From: Octopus bimaculoides
Lineage: Eukaryota
Length of the DNA stretch: 64,000 nucleotides
Direction: 5' to 3'
Assembly (NCBI RefSeq): GCF_001194135.2
Contig: NC_069002.1
Location: forward strand, 17,391,174-17,455,173
Both the position numbers and the translations under genes were made by a program. The notes below the pieces were generated by a model that did no database searches, was not told where the DNA came from, and saw only the letters and a program-made list of their open reading frames with translations. Positions 37,527 to 51,290 of the stretch are shown here, in pieces; position 1 is the stretch's first letter, and every line of letters starts with the position of its first letter.

Positions 37527-39822
37527 CTAAGTCCACCTATGAAAGATAACTTAGCAAACTAAATGCCACAAACTGTATCAATATTTTAACATCCACTTTT
37601 CCATGCTTGCATGGGTCAGTTGGAGATCACTGAGGCAGATTTTCTATGGCCAGATGCCCTTCTTGTCACCAATCTTCACCCATTTCCAGGCAGGATAGTA
37701 TTTCGCCATTGTTTTCACAGAATCATCATCATCATTATACAGCCATTTTCCATGCTAGCATGTATTAGACAGTTTGGCAGGAGCTGGCTAAGCAGAAGAC
37801 TGCACCAAATTTCACTGTCTGTTTCGGCATGGTTTTTACAGTTGAATGACCTTCCTAACACCAACTGCCCCACAGAATGGAAATAAATGATACTGCTCAT
37901 GTGACAGTAACACAACTATCTGAAAATGTCATCGCAAGGTGACCTGAACATGCATATACACAAAGTGGCAGATTGGGTCTAAAACTATTGGTTACCAGGA
38001 GACTAAGGGGGCCCACCCTCAACTACAATGCTATCATTTATTTATTTATTTTGGTAAAAGGATTCTTTTCAACTGTCTACAAACACAGCCAGGCTGAAAT
38101 AATGCATTCTTCCAGGAGTGAATAAAAAATTCTCAGACTTTAGGGGATGGGCCCCTTACATGCTAATATGGGCCCCCATATATGGATTCTAATGGCACAG
38201 TGGCCCACCCACTTGCCATCGGGCAAGCTGGCAACCTGGCTAGTCCACCACTGCACACACACACACAAAATGAGCTTCTATCCAGTTCCCATCCCCCAAA
38301 TCCACTCACAGCTTTGGTCAGCCTGAGACCATAGTAAAAGACATGCTGTGGGATTGAATCCAAAACCATGTGATCAGGAAACAAACTTCCTAACCACACA
38401 ACCATGCCTGCACTCACTATGTGTATGTGGGTTTTCTGCATGTCTTCACATTGATATTGTTTGAGCAATGGTGCAGCTTGGCCTTGGTCTTGTTGTCCTT
38501 AACAATACACCCCATAGCTCAGCTGTTTTAACCCTTTCAACAAGTGAAAACAAAGAGAGTAAAAAGTACCTTATTTGAAAAGTAAGGGTTAAGAACAGGA
38601 AGGTCAGAGATTTGCTGGAAGGGGTGGTTGATTAAATCAGTTCCAATACTTGACTGATACTTTATCTTATCAGCCCAGAAAGGATGAAGAGGCAAAGTTG
38701 ACTCCAGTGGAATTTGAACTCAGAATGTAAAGGATCAGAACAAATATTGAATTCAAATTTTGGCACAAGGCCAGCAAGTTCAAGGGAGGAATATAGTCAA
38801 TTACATCAACCCCCAGTGTTCAACTGGTACTTATTTTATTGACCCCGAAAAGATGAAAGGAAAATTCGACCTTGGCAGAATTTGAACTCAAATTTCAGAA
38901 ATACAATGGTAACAATAAAATGAAAACATGGGGCCTTAGAAAGCGGAAAAGATTATAAACACGATTTCAATTTACCGAGCTCCAAGTTTCCATGACTTTA
39001 GAGTATGGTGGCCATAATAATAATAATAGCACCCTAGTCATAACACCTACATGAACTTCTAACTTGTCTCTTGAAGTCTCTGGGTGAGACTTGTGCAAAT
39101 CAACTTGCACAAAAGCCTAACATTTGATAATAATAAAACAGATTTTGATTTAGGCACAAGGCCAATACTCTTGAGAGAAGAGGGTTAGTGAATACCATTC
39201 ACCCTAGTACTTTACTGGTACTTCATTTTATTGACCCCCAAAGGGTGAAAGGCAAAGTTGACCTTGGCAATATCTGATCTCTTAATATAAAGAATCCAAA
39301 GAAATATACAATGTGTTTTGGCTGATATACAAATGATTCTGTAACCTTATTAAAGCTTGTTGCCTTAATAATAACTAGCTGGACCTGTGAAAACTTCACA
39401 GTAAACATAAAAAATGTAAACATCTGCAAATTGTGTGCTGGTACCATGAGAAATGTTTCTATATTATGACACAGACTATAGAAAGAAGTGGTAAAACTGA
39501 TAACTATATAATCCAACCAAAATATCTCAGTTATACAAACGTAAACAGAATTACTATTTAGCCTCAAAATACATCGTACATATTCAGGGAGCCCTCTTGG
39601 TTTAGTGGTATGGAATGTTCTTCTGATATTCTTTTATTCTTTTACCTGTTTCAGCCATTTGATGGTAGTCATGCTGGAGTACTGTCCTTCAGTCAAAGAA
39701 ATCGTCCCCTGGATTTATTCCCTGTAAGCCTGGTGCTTATTCTATCAGTCACTTCTGCAAATACCGCTAAGTTACAGGGACACAAACACTCCAGCATCAG
39801 TTGTCAAGCAATGGTAGTGGGA

Positions 39823-39923
<101 letters not shown>

Positions 39924-41265
39924 CGATGGGCTTCTTTCAGTTTCCATCTATGAAATCCAACCACAAGGCTTTGGTCAGCCCAAGGCTGTAGTAGAAGACA
40001 CTCTGTAAAGTATAAAGTTGAATTTCGTGTAGCCATCAGTTGGCAATTTTCTCCCCCACCCATTTTGTAGGGGTATTACCCAATTTTCTGGGCTCTTTTC
40101 ACAGTTACACCCCATTTGAAATTTGCATTAGTTTTTTTTATGAAAAAAATGGAAGGGAGCAGGGCTTGTTCGTAGAGGGAACACTAAACATGCCTGATAA
40201 AAAGAAACATGGCCTTTCCCCCCAACTAAAAGACATGAGGATCTATCAAACAAGATGAATGAGTACCGGGGGTGGGAGAAAAGAAGAGAGAACTAACACT
40301 CGATCTTTCTAGAACTCCCAGAATGAAAACCTAAACACCTGAAAGACTTTCCTTCTTCGTTGTTAAAAGTAAAGAAGCTAAAAATAAGATCCATCGTATT
40401 TCAGTCTAATTGTCATTGTAAATGACTGAGGCCTTCATTGCTCCGTCTCTATCACTTCACTCTTTTTCTCTATGGTTAAGAGAGTGAAGGTGTGTGGCTC
40501 AGTGGTTAGGGATATTCGGCCTCTTGGGTCAGCCAAGATAGCTGACCCATTAACATGCTAGACACAATGCTTAGTGGCATTTCGTTCATTTTTACATTCT
40601 GAGATCAAACTTTGCCAAGGTCGACTTTGCCCTTCATCCTTTTAGGATCAATAAAATAAGTACCAGTCAAGTACCGGGATCAATGTAATCAACTCCTTCC
40701 TTCCCCCAAAAGCTGCTGGCCCTCAAAAACTCTGCCAATGTTTGAAGTCATTATTATTTGGTGGAATCTGAGTTCAAATTCCACCAAGGTTGACTTTGCC
40801 TTTCATCCTTTCGGGGTACCAGTCAAGCACCGGGCTCAAAGAAATCAATTTAGCCCTCTCCCGAAATTGCTGGCTCTGTGCCAAAATTTGAAACCATTAT
40901 TATTATTATTATTATTATTAAGGCAGTAAGCTGTCAGAATCGTTAGTACATCAGATAAAATATTTAACAGTATTTTGTCTGTCTCTATATTCTGATTTCT
41001 AATTCCACAGGGGTCCAAATAAGTACCAGTTGAGCCCTGTGGTGGATGTAATCAACGAGTCTCCTCTTCTAATATTTTAGACCTTGGATTATTATCATCA
41101 TCATTGTTTTGATTATTCTATTGAACTAAAATTATCAAATGATTTAAGTTTATTGTTTCAATGAGTTTGGCTGTTTTTAAATTTAAAAGATTTTCATGAA
41201 TTTATATATTAATTGATTTATTTATACATTTATTTATTCTTGTTGATTCAATGATGTTTTGTTAG

Positions 41266-41397
41266 GACCATAATTGTGTTCGAGAACTGAGGAATTTGGT
41301 CCAACAACACCAACAGAAAATGTCCGAAATGCAAGTTGAGCTCATGGAACACAAATTACAACTGAAAGAACAGAAGCGAGAGATGCAGCAGCTAAAA
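41266..41397 (+). CDS. RNF41: RNF41 coding exon: coiled coil (DHNCVRELRNLVQQHQQKMSEMQVELMEHKLQLKEQKREMQQLK)
   Basis: TTTTGTTAG acceptor ending 41265, GTAAGT donor at 41398; 132 nt, phase 0-0. Matches human NHNCIKHLRSVVQQQQ...EQKRDIQLLK. Confidence 0.93.
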
Positions 41398-41589
41398 GTA
41401 AGTCTTGAATTAAACTTACCGATGTCTTATTCCTTTCAGAATTTAAAACAATTTATAATAAATACATCTCTGCAACAGTAAGGAAGAAAGTCAAATATGT
41501 TACTTCTATATATATATATATATGTGTATGTGTCTGTCTGTATGTATGTATGTATGTATGTATGTATGCATGAAGGGATGCATGCTGTT

Positions 41590-42320
41590 TTCACCATTAG
41601 GGTCTCCAGTGACCTGCTGGAGTATCATAATGAAAAAGAAGGTGAAAAGGGCTGGAACAAGGACACAGCTTTGTTTCACACCATTGCTAATAGGGAAGAG
41701 ATTGTTGTTATACCTGATCTAGCCCTGCTGGTTTTCATGCAGCTGGAGAATCATATTGAGGAATTTAAGGGGATATCCAAGATGCTCCATGATTTGCCAT
41801 AGACCTTTTCTGCTCACAGTGTTGAATGCTTTGGTGAGGTCAACAAAGGTGATGCAAAGTCCTTTGTTTTCGTCTTAGCACTTCTTTTGAAGCTGTCTGA
41901 GAACAAAAACTGTGTCAGTGGTGCTCCTCTTTGCTCTGAAGCGCCACAGGGGTTCTGGGAGGTTTTCTTCTGCAATGGTGAGCATTAGTCAGTTGAGGAG
42001 TAAATACTCTGGCAAGGATTTTGCCTACAATGGAGGGCAAAGTAATCCCCTTGTAGTTGGAGCTGTCAAGTTTTTTCCCCCTTGTTCTTACACATGGTGA
42101 TGATGACAGCATCACGGAAATCTTGTGGTAACTTTACCCTGCTGTCTACAGCAGATGAAAAGCTCACAGAGTTTGGGGTACACTGCTGTGTCACCAGCCT
42201 TCTGTGTCTGTGATTGGATTTCATCCACTCCTGCTGCCTTTCCACTTTTTAGTTGCTCTATTGCTCTGGTCATCTCTGAGGAAATCTCATCTGGCTCTAA
42301 CTTCAAAAGCTGCTCTAGAA
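41590..42320 (-). mobile_element. RTE (BovB-like) LINE RT fragment
   Basis: AIEQLKSGKAAGVDEI, NYKGITLPSIVGKILARV, FVDLTKAFNTVSR and NGVKQSCVL motifs on the minus strand. Confidence 0.88.
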
Positions 42321-45300
42321 TATGAATCACTTCTAACTCTTGGACTGAGTGGTTGCCACTGTAGAGAGTTTGAAAGTGCTCTGACCACCAGGTTCAAGTT
42401 GGAGGCCTCTCGTCTGCACTGTGCATGCAACCATAAACAGCTTTTAGAGTTTCATGAAACTTATTTTTTGCCAGTATTCCAAAGATTGAAAACTGTTGGG
42501 TTGTAAGGAATAGAAGAGCAACTGTGCAAATGTGTTTCAACTGTATGAAAGTGTTTAGAGTGAGGCCTATACAAATCTGGTAACAAGCCATGACTATATG
42601 TGAGATGCAAGCTCCATTTTAAACTGTTAATGATTTTAAGTAATTAGTGCTAAATACTGCATTTTTAAAAAATCTGTTAAAGGGCCTCAGACTGGTGGAT
42701 GGGAAGGAGGGAGGGGGGTATCCTTCAAATGGAAACCTGGCCTGAACGCTTGAAACAAATATAGACTTTGTTAAAGGAACCCAAGGCGCCAAAAGGTGGT
42801 ATTAAATTATTCTGTTATCCAGGGAAGCCATGGATGCAAAGGGTCAGAACAAATATTGCAAGATGTTTTCACAGGTTCTTCAATCCATTGTCTTGGATTG
42901 AGACTTTTTTATTGACTTCAAAGGGATGAAAAGTAAAGCTAATCTAACAAGTCCACCAATTGGTTTGCACATGTACATGTAGTGTACTTAAATGAGTTAC
43001 ATATGTTCTTGTAGCGTATATGTAATTAAATGTAACAGAATACAACAAAACAAAAAAAATAAAGCAATTTATAAAAATAAGGCATTACTGAATAGTCCCT
43101 TTTTGAGGAGTAGGGCCCACAATTGTAGGCCCATATCAACTGACTCACCTGAATTCCCTGTTCTTTGGGCTCACAGAATTTTAGACCCATATCAGTGGAC
43201 CTATGTGGATTCTCTCTGTTCTTGCCTGGTGTTTGATTGAATTTCGTTGAGTGCATCTGCTGTGTGGAGTTGAAAGCAAATGAGGCAATGAATGTAGAGA
43301 TATTTATAGTGATCCAGAGGGGAAGGTGCATGACTCAGTGATTTAAGCATCAGGCTCACAATCATGAGGTAGTGAGTTTGATTCCTGGACCTAGCTGTGT
43401 GTTGTGTTCTTGAGCAAGACACTTATTTCATGTTGCTCCAGTTCACTCAGCTACAGAAATGAGTTGTGATGTCACTGGTGCCAAGCTATATTGGCCTTTG
43501 CCTTTCCCTGGGATAATATCGGTGGCATGGAATGGGGAGGCTGGTATTCATGGGCAACTGCTGGTCTTCTATAAACAACCTTGCCTGAACTTTTGCCTCA
43601 GAGGGTAACTTTCTAGATGCAATCCCATGGTCATTCATGATCAAAAGTGGTTTTTACTCTTCAGAAGTAGTAGGTAGCAGGGTTAGGGACCAGAAAGAAC
43701 ATCAAAACTTTAAGAGTTGGGAGAACTTGTAGCTATTTGATGTCTGAAGGCATCTGTTTCTTGTTTGGTGGCAATCTTACTGGGTTTTTTAGTGCTCCAT
43801 TTAAAGTCTACCAATTAGTGGAAGCCTTGTCTTGAGCTGCAGCATGTGGACCCCTTGGTGAGATTTTGGAGTTTCAAGCTTTGATTGTGTGATGATATGG
43901 ACATCCCTAGTGGGAGAGGGTGGGAATGAAGCATGTTTGTTTCAAGAAACAACTGGCATAAGACTGAAAATTGTCCAGCTGGTACTTTCAAGTTAGCTAA
44001 ACTTGAGTTTAGCTAACTTGAAAGTATCAGAAAATTCAGGTATGACAGGAAGGTGTGAAGTATGATGTTTGGATGATCACACACACACACTGAAGCTAAC
44101 AAAGGAGCCTGTATGTGGTTGCTCGACCTGTTAGAAACATCAGCCAAATCTCGCTTAAATTATACTTTATCATCTGAAAGGGAAGGACACATTGAATAAG
44201 CAACTTTATTGAATCACAATTTAATTACAAAGAAACGGAAAGAGATAAAAAGTGGAGGGATTAAGCAGCAGAAAGTGGGGATACAATTTGCCATACACCC
44301 CAGAACAAATAGTGTGCTCAACAGTGCCCTGCAGTCATGACCACAATGGTGTTGACATGGAAAATGGTCAACAACACTTGCTGCACCAAGCACTCCACCT
44401 CACGGGGATCATTTCTCAGATAGGCCACCATTATCCCAATTTTGAAGAGGAAATACTACTAAGACATAATGGGTCATGATTGAACTGGAGAACTAAAAAC
44501 AATAACAACATACACAGACCTTATGAGTGTCTAAACAACAACTAGATACTTGTTTACTAGTTTTCATTTTTGTTTAATTCATACTGACACAGCTCAATCA
44601 ATCATTGATTAATTCTAAAGGCTCTCTATTCCCAGGAAACCTCTTCAAATTGAAATTGATTTCAACATTATGTTTTTTAGTTTCATTTTCCTTTCAATTT
44701 AAATTCACCTTAAACCTTTTGTTATCATATTTCTGTTGAAATACACTGTTTTTCTTAAATTAATTTTGAAAATAATGAAGACAACAGTAAAATATATTTT
44801 GTCATTAAGATGTTATTTGGAACAAATCAGCATGAAATTAAAATAAGTTTTAATTTAGATTGGTGGGAGGTAACCATGTGTCTACAGCAAGGCACCTGTT
44901 TCCATCTCTCTGTCACAACCTAACCATTCATCATCTGACACAAGATCACCTCCTCCAATGTTCCCTCCCCTCCCAAAGGATTCTTTGTCTTGGAAGTTAC
45001 TTAGTGACCCTGCCAGTGCAGGTGACACTTAAAAAGCATCCAGTCCACCCTGTAAAGTGGTTAGCATTTGAAAGGGCATCCAGCTGTAAAAACTATTCTA
45101 AAACTGACCTTGCCTGTGCTGGTGTCACGTAAAAAGTAAGGGGTGGTTGATGTTAGGAAGGGCATCCAGCCATAAAAACTATGCCAAAACAGACAGAGAA
45201 ATGTGGAGCGGTTTTCTGACTGGCCAGCTCCTGTTAAACCGTCCAACCCATGCCTGCATGGACAGAAGACATTAAATGATGATGTTGATCACTTTAAAGC

Positions 45301-46998
45301 AGGAAGTTTGTACTATGAAACCAGGAAAAGCCTCAAGCAGTTTGGTGTTTGAACGATTAATCTTAACTGATGTCTTGCTCTGCACTGTCCATAAATCATA
45401 TGTTAGCCATTTTGTGCTTTGTCTCTGGGAGAGGTGTGTAACTTTACTAGCTTTGTGCCTCACTAACAATGGGTTCTACTGCATGGCACCTTGGGTGAGT
45501 GTCTTCTACTATAGCCCTGGGCCAACCCAAGCCTTGTGACTGAATTTGGTAAATAGAAATTAAAAGAAGCCCAGCATGTATACCATCATCAGTTGTAATT
45601 CATATCTTAGTTGTAGACCTGTAGCTATTGATTGAGACTCTTCATCTTGATGAGTGCAAGGAGTAGAGAACTCATTGTTCAAGCCACAGATGGCCTTCAT
45701 GTGATTTTATTCTGGGTGAACCATGTGTTGGTCACAAGGTCCATACACTTGGTAACCCACCTTTGCCAGCAGCACCATTGGGATTGGTGACATGCTGGAT
45801 TTGGTTAGGATGGTTGCAGTGGGCTGCCAGATGTCATTGACATAATCAAAATCCACCTTGTTCATGCTAGTCTGCATGGCAGCAGTGGTTTTATATCAGT
45901 TTCTTTCTCCTAGACAAACTGTGTGTTACTGTCTTTTTCTTTTGAAATCAAATGATAATTGTAAATGAGTGTTACTGTTCTACAAGCTTTGATCTTCATT
46001 CCAATTTTCCATGGAAACATGTCTGGTCATGGGGAAACATCACAGGTGAATGTTGACAATAGGAAAGGCGTTCACCTATAGAAAATCCACCTCAACAAAT
46101 TCCATTGAACCCTTATGAGCATGGAAACTGGAAAAGTAGACATAATGATACAGCTGTAAAACAATTGCTTCACCAAAATCTGTTCCTACTGGGCTACTTT
46201 GGGGGAGGGGGAATTTTTTTTTTTAAATGGAAAAAGAATGCAGGAAAATAAGAGTAGAAAATGTGATTTTGATGATGATCTTTTTAATAATCTTGTTGTT
46301 GCCAATAAAACGTCACTCTTTTCTAACCCTTTTGGATACCAACACACCTGAGACCACTTCTGGTTCTATGATACAAACCTCCTGTTTCAAAATGATCTGA
46401 ATTAAAAAACCTTTCATTAAAATTTCATATTAATTTATGCTCCAAATTCCAACTTAGTAATGACTCTAGCTTAGTAATGACTCAATGAATTCTTCATTAT
46501 TTAAAAAATTCTTTGAATCAAAGGCAATATATTTCAAAGGAAATATTGTAATGAAAGATTAAGGTGATGCTAATTGATTTGTAAATACGATATGGTACCT
46601 GTAGTGACGTTTTTAAATTAATATAAACATTAATCAATATAATGGATGATCACTGTCTCTTTTAATCACCTCACCTATTTCTTAACTGTTTTGTAACACA
46701 ATGCTTTTGTTTAATTTAGTTTTGCAAATAATGAAGAATTTAGTAAAATAAATCATTAATAAACTGGTGTTCAGAACATAAATTAACATGAAACTTTGAT
46801 GGAAAGTTTTAATGTAGATCCCTTTAAAACAGTAATTTGCATCATAGAACAAGGGGCAGCTTTCAAACAGGTTGGTATCAAAAGGGGTTAACCTCTCTTG
46901 AAACCATCTTTATTGAAACCTTATCTGTTGATTCAATTACTGTTCAGTTCTTGCTACCAACACTATCCAACATGTACAACCCATAACTCTCCTTGTAG

Positions 46999-47078
46999 GA
47001 ATACATGCGCTGTATGAGGGTTTCAAACCCCCGGATTAGAGAGATGCAGTCAGAAATGGAAAATGCAGATGTTGTTAG
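46999..47078 (+). CDS. RNF41: RNF41 coding exon (EYMRCMRVSNPRIREMQSEMENADVV-R), absent from the supplied ORF track
   Basis: CTCTCCTTGTAG acceptor ending 46998, GTAAGT donor at 47079; 80 nt, phase 0-2, exactly the phase needed to join its neighbours. Aligns to human AYMRAIRSVNPNLQNLEETIEYNEIL. Confidence 0.9.
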
Positions 47079-47099
47079 GTAAGTAATACATTAACGCAG

Positions 47100-48283
47100 A
47101 CATCTTCCACATTGTAGAAGCATTGCACTGCTGCAAATTTTGCCTTAATCTGAAATTCTATAACATGAAATCTGTTTTTCTGTTGATTTGCATTGTGTAT
47201 GGAAAAGAGTTACTTGTATCATGATGATTCACACTAGGTGTCAAAATGCCAACACTATGAGTGCTACTCAATGCTCTGTGAACACTGTAAAGGCTGTGAG
47301 ATGTCATAGGAACAGCTACAACAGAGACAATGAAGCTGTGGCCAGTAGGAAGGGACACAGTAGGCATTCTAATTGCGTCTGCAGTTAGAATTCATCAAAC
47401 AGCTGCAGGACAAGGTGATGGTAGATTTGAGCAAGGGAATCCAGGATCTGACAAGAGAGGTGGGTGTTAGAGTTGCCACCAAGATACTGGCTCTGAATTT
47501 GGACCTTCACTGCCACTTGTACAAGGGGTGCAAGGGATAAATTCTGACAGTCAAGGCTAAAGACAATGAAGCCGCTTAACGAAGGCAAAGAAGCTAAGAC
47601 ATCCTGTTGAGCTGGGGGATGATTTGGTTCTTCTCAGATGAAAATAACTTCTAGCAGAACCTGTTGCACAACACCCAGGACAGCACGTGACTTACCTACA
47701 ATCCATGTGATGTCCCACATACCATGAAAACCAAGTTCTCCCAAACTGTGATTGTCTTTGGGTATACCTCCAGTGAAGGCTCTTTGAACGGAGCCTTAGG
47801 CTCAATTCAGATGGCTGTGTGAAGCTGCTGGAGACTGTGGTCAATCCCTGGCTGGAGAGGGTTGCTGCTGGAAGGCCATATGTGTAGCAGCAGCATTTGG
47901 TTCCTTGCCATACCTTCAGAAAAAGTCAGAAGTGGTTGTCAGAGAATTTCTGCGACTTCACCCACTACAATTTCTGACCCCCTGATTGTAATCCCATGGG
48001 TTACTATGTGTGGAGTATGGTTGAGAAAAATACCAACCACTCTGATTGCAATACCAAGGCTGACTTGATGGCCAAGATCAAGGAGGTGCTCAAAGATCTT
48101 CCTAAGGACACACAGTATGGAATGCATGCACCAGGTTCCAGAGCTATCTTGAGACCATAATGGAAGCTGATCGTGGCTACTGTAAGTAAACTGTTATCTC
48201 CCAGCCATAATCTACTTGATGTGCTTTGGTTTTTTTTTTTAAATACTTTTACTTCTGCTTGGAAATTTAGCTTGAACAGCTTG
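47100..48283 (+). mobile_element. Decayed near-full-length Tc1/mariner transposon, maT/DD37D-like
   Basis: WFFSDENNF, KSQKWLSENFCDF, DCNPMGYYVW and ADLMAKIKEVLKDLP motifs; right end TTTAGCTTGAACAGCTTG-TA. Left TIR not identified. Confidence 0.7.
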
Positions 48284-49374
48284 TATGCGATAGGACATAA
48301 GACTACTGAATCTGTCAGCTAATTATCTGAGTATTATGCTGAATTGTATAAATGTAAAAATATTCTAATAAATTACTTCATCTTTAAGATTAATACTCTG
48401 AAAAATTATTACTGTATCAACAGCAGCTACTTCTCCCAGGTATTTTGACAATTAATTAACTTGTGGCATACTAATCAGCAGTGATTGAAATATAGGCATG
48501 TACAATCATATATTAAACTAGCCGTACCTGGCCCAAATACTGCACTAATTTTATGTTCAAACTGGTCAGATCTGGCCTCTCACACTTACACTATAATGTC
48601 ATTAAAAAATAACACTCACATCATTGAGATATCGAAGCTGTGAGATAATGCAGGATTAATTTAATGCAAGATGAAGAAATAAGCATTACATTTGACAGAG
48701 TGATCTGAATGCTAAAGAGTTAACGTTCATATTCTTTCCTTTTTTGAGTATACATGAATGTGTTATATGGAATTGTGCACACATTTAATTAAGTGGTTTC
48801 TCAAAGCTACTTAATTTAAAAATTGTTAATTATCCTTTTTGATAATAACGATATTATCATAGAAATATAGAACATTTAATTTCAAGAACATTTACATAGT
48901 TTATTAGTATATTATATTAACCCTTTAGCAATTAAATCAGCCATATCTAGCCCAAATATGTTGCATGTTTTGTGTTCAAGCTGCCCCAATCTGGCCTCTC
49001 ATACCTATCATACAATGTAATTCCAAACAAAACAATCACACCATTAAAATCTCAAAGCTATGAGATAATGTAAAATTAATTCAAAACTGTGGATATATAA
49101 GTATTATATTTAACAGAGAAATCTGAATGCTAAAAGGCTGATATTATAATATGTTATATATGAAATTATTGCATTATCTTTCATGTGAAATGGTTTACTA
49201 TAACCTTCATCTAATTCGTAATTTCTTTGAATTATTTTTATGAAATTCTTCCCCTTTTCAAATTATTATGAGCACATGAAACAATGATGTATTTGTTCAT
49301 TGTTAACATGTTCTTGGATGGGAAATGCTTTTGACTTGGATTTTGTTTTTGGAGAACAACTTCTCCCTTTAGAC

Positions 49375-49632
49375 TAGTGATTCTTAAATGGGGTCCATAT
49401 GACCCTCAAGGACCCACATAAGATTTTGTTGTTAAAGATTATGTGGAATAAATTAGTTATACTTCTACAATATACAAAATATTTTCACAAATTTTTTTTT
49501 TTATTAAATTTCTTATATTTAATTATACAAATATAATAAGATTTTTAAGACATCAAATGGCTATGAGGATCCACTTCAGTAAAATAGGAATCAAAGGGGT
49601 TCATAGGTAAAAAAAAAGGTTGAGAAACACTG
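49375..49632. mobile_element. hAT-type MITE, same family as 28838-29192, opposite orientation
   Basis: TSD CTTTAGAC at 49367-49374 and 49633-49640; ends GGTTGAGAAACACTG. Confidence 0.85.
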
Positions 49633-49927
49633 CTTTAGACAATATATGTTGACAATACACACACTTCAGTGAGAGACACTGTTCACATCTCTGAAGCTAA
49701 AACAGAACAATTGTTTTAATAGAATTCAGCAAACAAAATATTTGCTGATACATTCTAAGACCTGTGTAGTTGACATTGCATTATCATGAGTAAGCAAAAA
49801 CACAAGAATCAAAGCAATGATGTGTATATTCATTCCTAGCACATTCCAGCAGACTTGGATGTAAAAATTCGTTCTCTGTTGTTTTAAATTTTAGTAAAAT
49901 TTTACTTTTTCTTTGTTCTCTCTTTAG

Positions 49928-50169
49928 ATGGGTATCAAACCTTCAGAAAGCTCGTGTCACTCGATGGGGTGGTATGATTTCTACACCAGATACTGTATTA
50001 CAGGCTGTCATCAAACGAGCCCTTATTGATAGTGGCTGTCCTCCACATATTGTTAATGAACTTATGGAAAATGCCCATGAGCGGCGCTGGCCTCGAGGGC
50101 TTGGTACCCTTGAGACACGACAGCTTAGTCGACGGCAGTATGAAAACTATGTAACAAAACGTATACCAG
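49928..50169 (+). CDS. RNF41: RNF41 coding exon: USP8-interacting domain (WVSNLQKARVTRWGGMISTPDTVLQAVIKR...YENYVTKRIP-G)
   Basis: Long pyrimidine tract + TTTAG ending 49927, GTTAGT donor at 50170; phase 2-1. Near-identical to NRDP1 ARVTRWGGMISTPDAVLQAVIKR. Confidence 0.97.
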
Positions 50170-50704
50170 GTTAGTTCAGGTGCTTTTTTTTTTTTATTAA
50201 TTTTCTTTTAGTCGCAAATATGCTCTTACTCTTCATTTCTTTGGAAAACAATGATAAGCCTTTCGAGAAGAAAGTTCCATTGTCTAATTTTATGTTTATT
50301 TTATTTTATTACTATTATCATGTGTGTGTGTGTGTGTGTATTGGTGTTAGAACAGTCTGGAGTGATAGAGATAAAACTGAAAGTAGAATCATGTTAGTAG
50401 GTTTATGACCTATGCACTCACACCCCTCCATGTAGACCCAGATTTAGTACTGCTAGCTAATAAGATAGTTGCCAACACAACAGGCTTGCCATGACACATT
50501 GGTGTGTTGTGATTTAAAAAAAATAATAATTCAAGCCTTTTAAAAAATTCATATTAATGCTTCGTCATCTTGAAAAATATTTTACCCATAATTTTGTTAA
50601 ACATAAATATAATTAATAAAATAAGGTAAACAATATTTACCTTTTATTTTTCTGAATTTATAATCCTAAAACAATTTCTGGGGCCAGCTACTTACATTGA
50701 AATC

Positions 50705-51290
50705 TTATATTATAAAAGAAGTGAATCTCCGTCTGACTGTCCATTGCAGCATCTATTAGGGAGAGGGAAGAAAAGAGGAGGAATCGAAATATACATCACA
50801 ATGTACTTTTAAAAGAAGTGGGGAGAAAAAGTTGAGAGAGAAATACACGAGAGAGAGAGTTTTTGAAAGTTAGATAGTCACCATAGTAACTAACAAGTTT
50901 TGATTTAAAACAGGAATTTTAGGTGCAAGTCTGTCAACACAATATAACACAATTAAAAAAAAAAGACTGTAATAGTTAGTTTTTTGTGGTTGTTTATGTC
51001 TGTATGTTTCTATGTCTTTCAATATATAGACAAAACAACACAAACTTTAAATAGAAGGGGAGGAGAAAAAGTTGTTGAGAGAGAAACACAGTAAGAGAGA
51101 GTGTGTGTGTGTGTAAAAGATAGGTAGGTAGTGTTGTCACCAAGTTTTGATTAAAAATGCAGGAATTTTAAATGCAAGACTTCAAAAACAGGCTATATGT
51201 GTATATATGATGCATATAGTGTTGCTTGTTTGTGTGTGTGTTTCCATGTCTTTCAACTTATAGACAATGCAACACAGACTTTAACAAAAG
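50705..51290 (+). repeat. Diverged ~235-bp tandem duplication in a possible Helitron-like element
   Basis: Units ~50820-51055 and ~51058-51290 share GGAGAAAAAGTTG, CAAGTTTTGAT, CAGGAATTTTA and ATGTCTTTCAA blocks. Confidence 0.5.
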
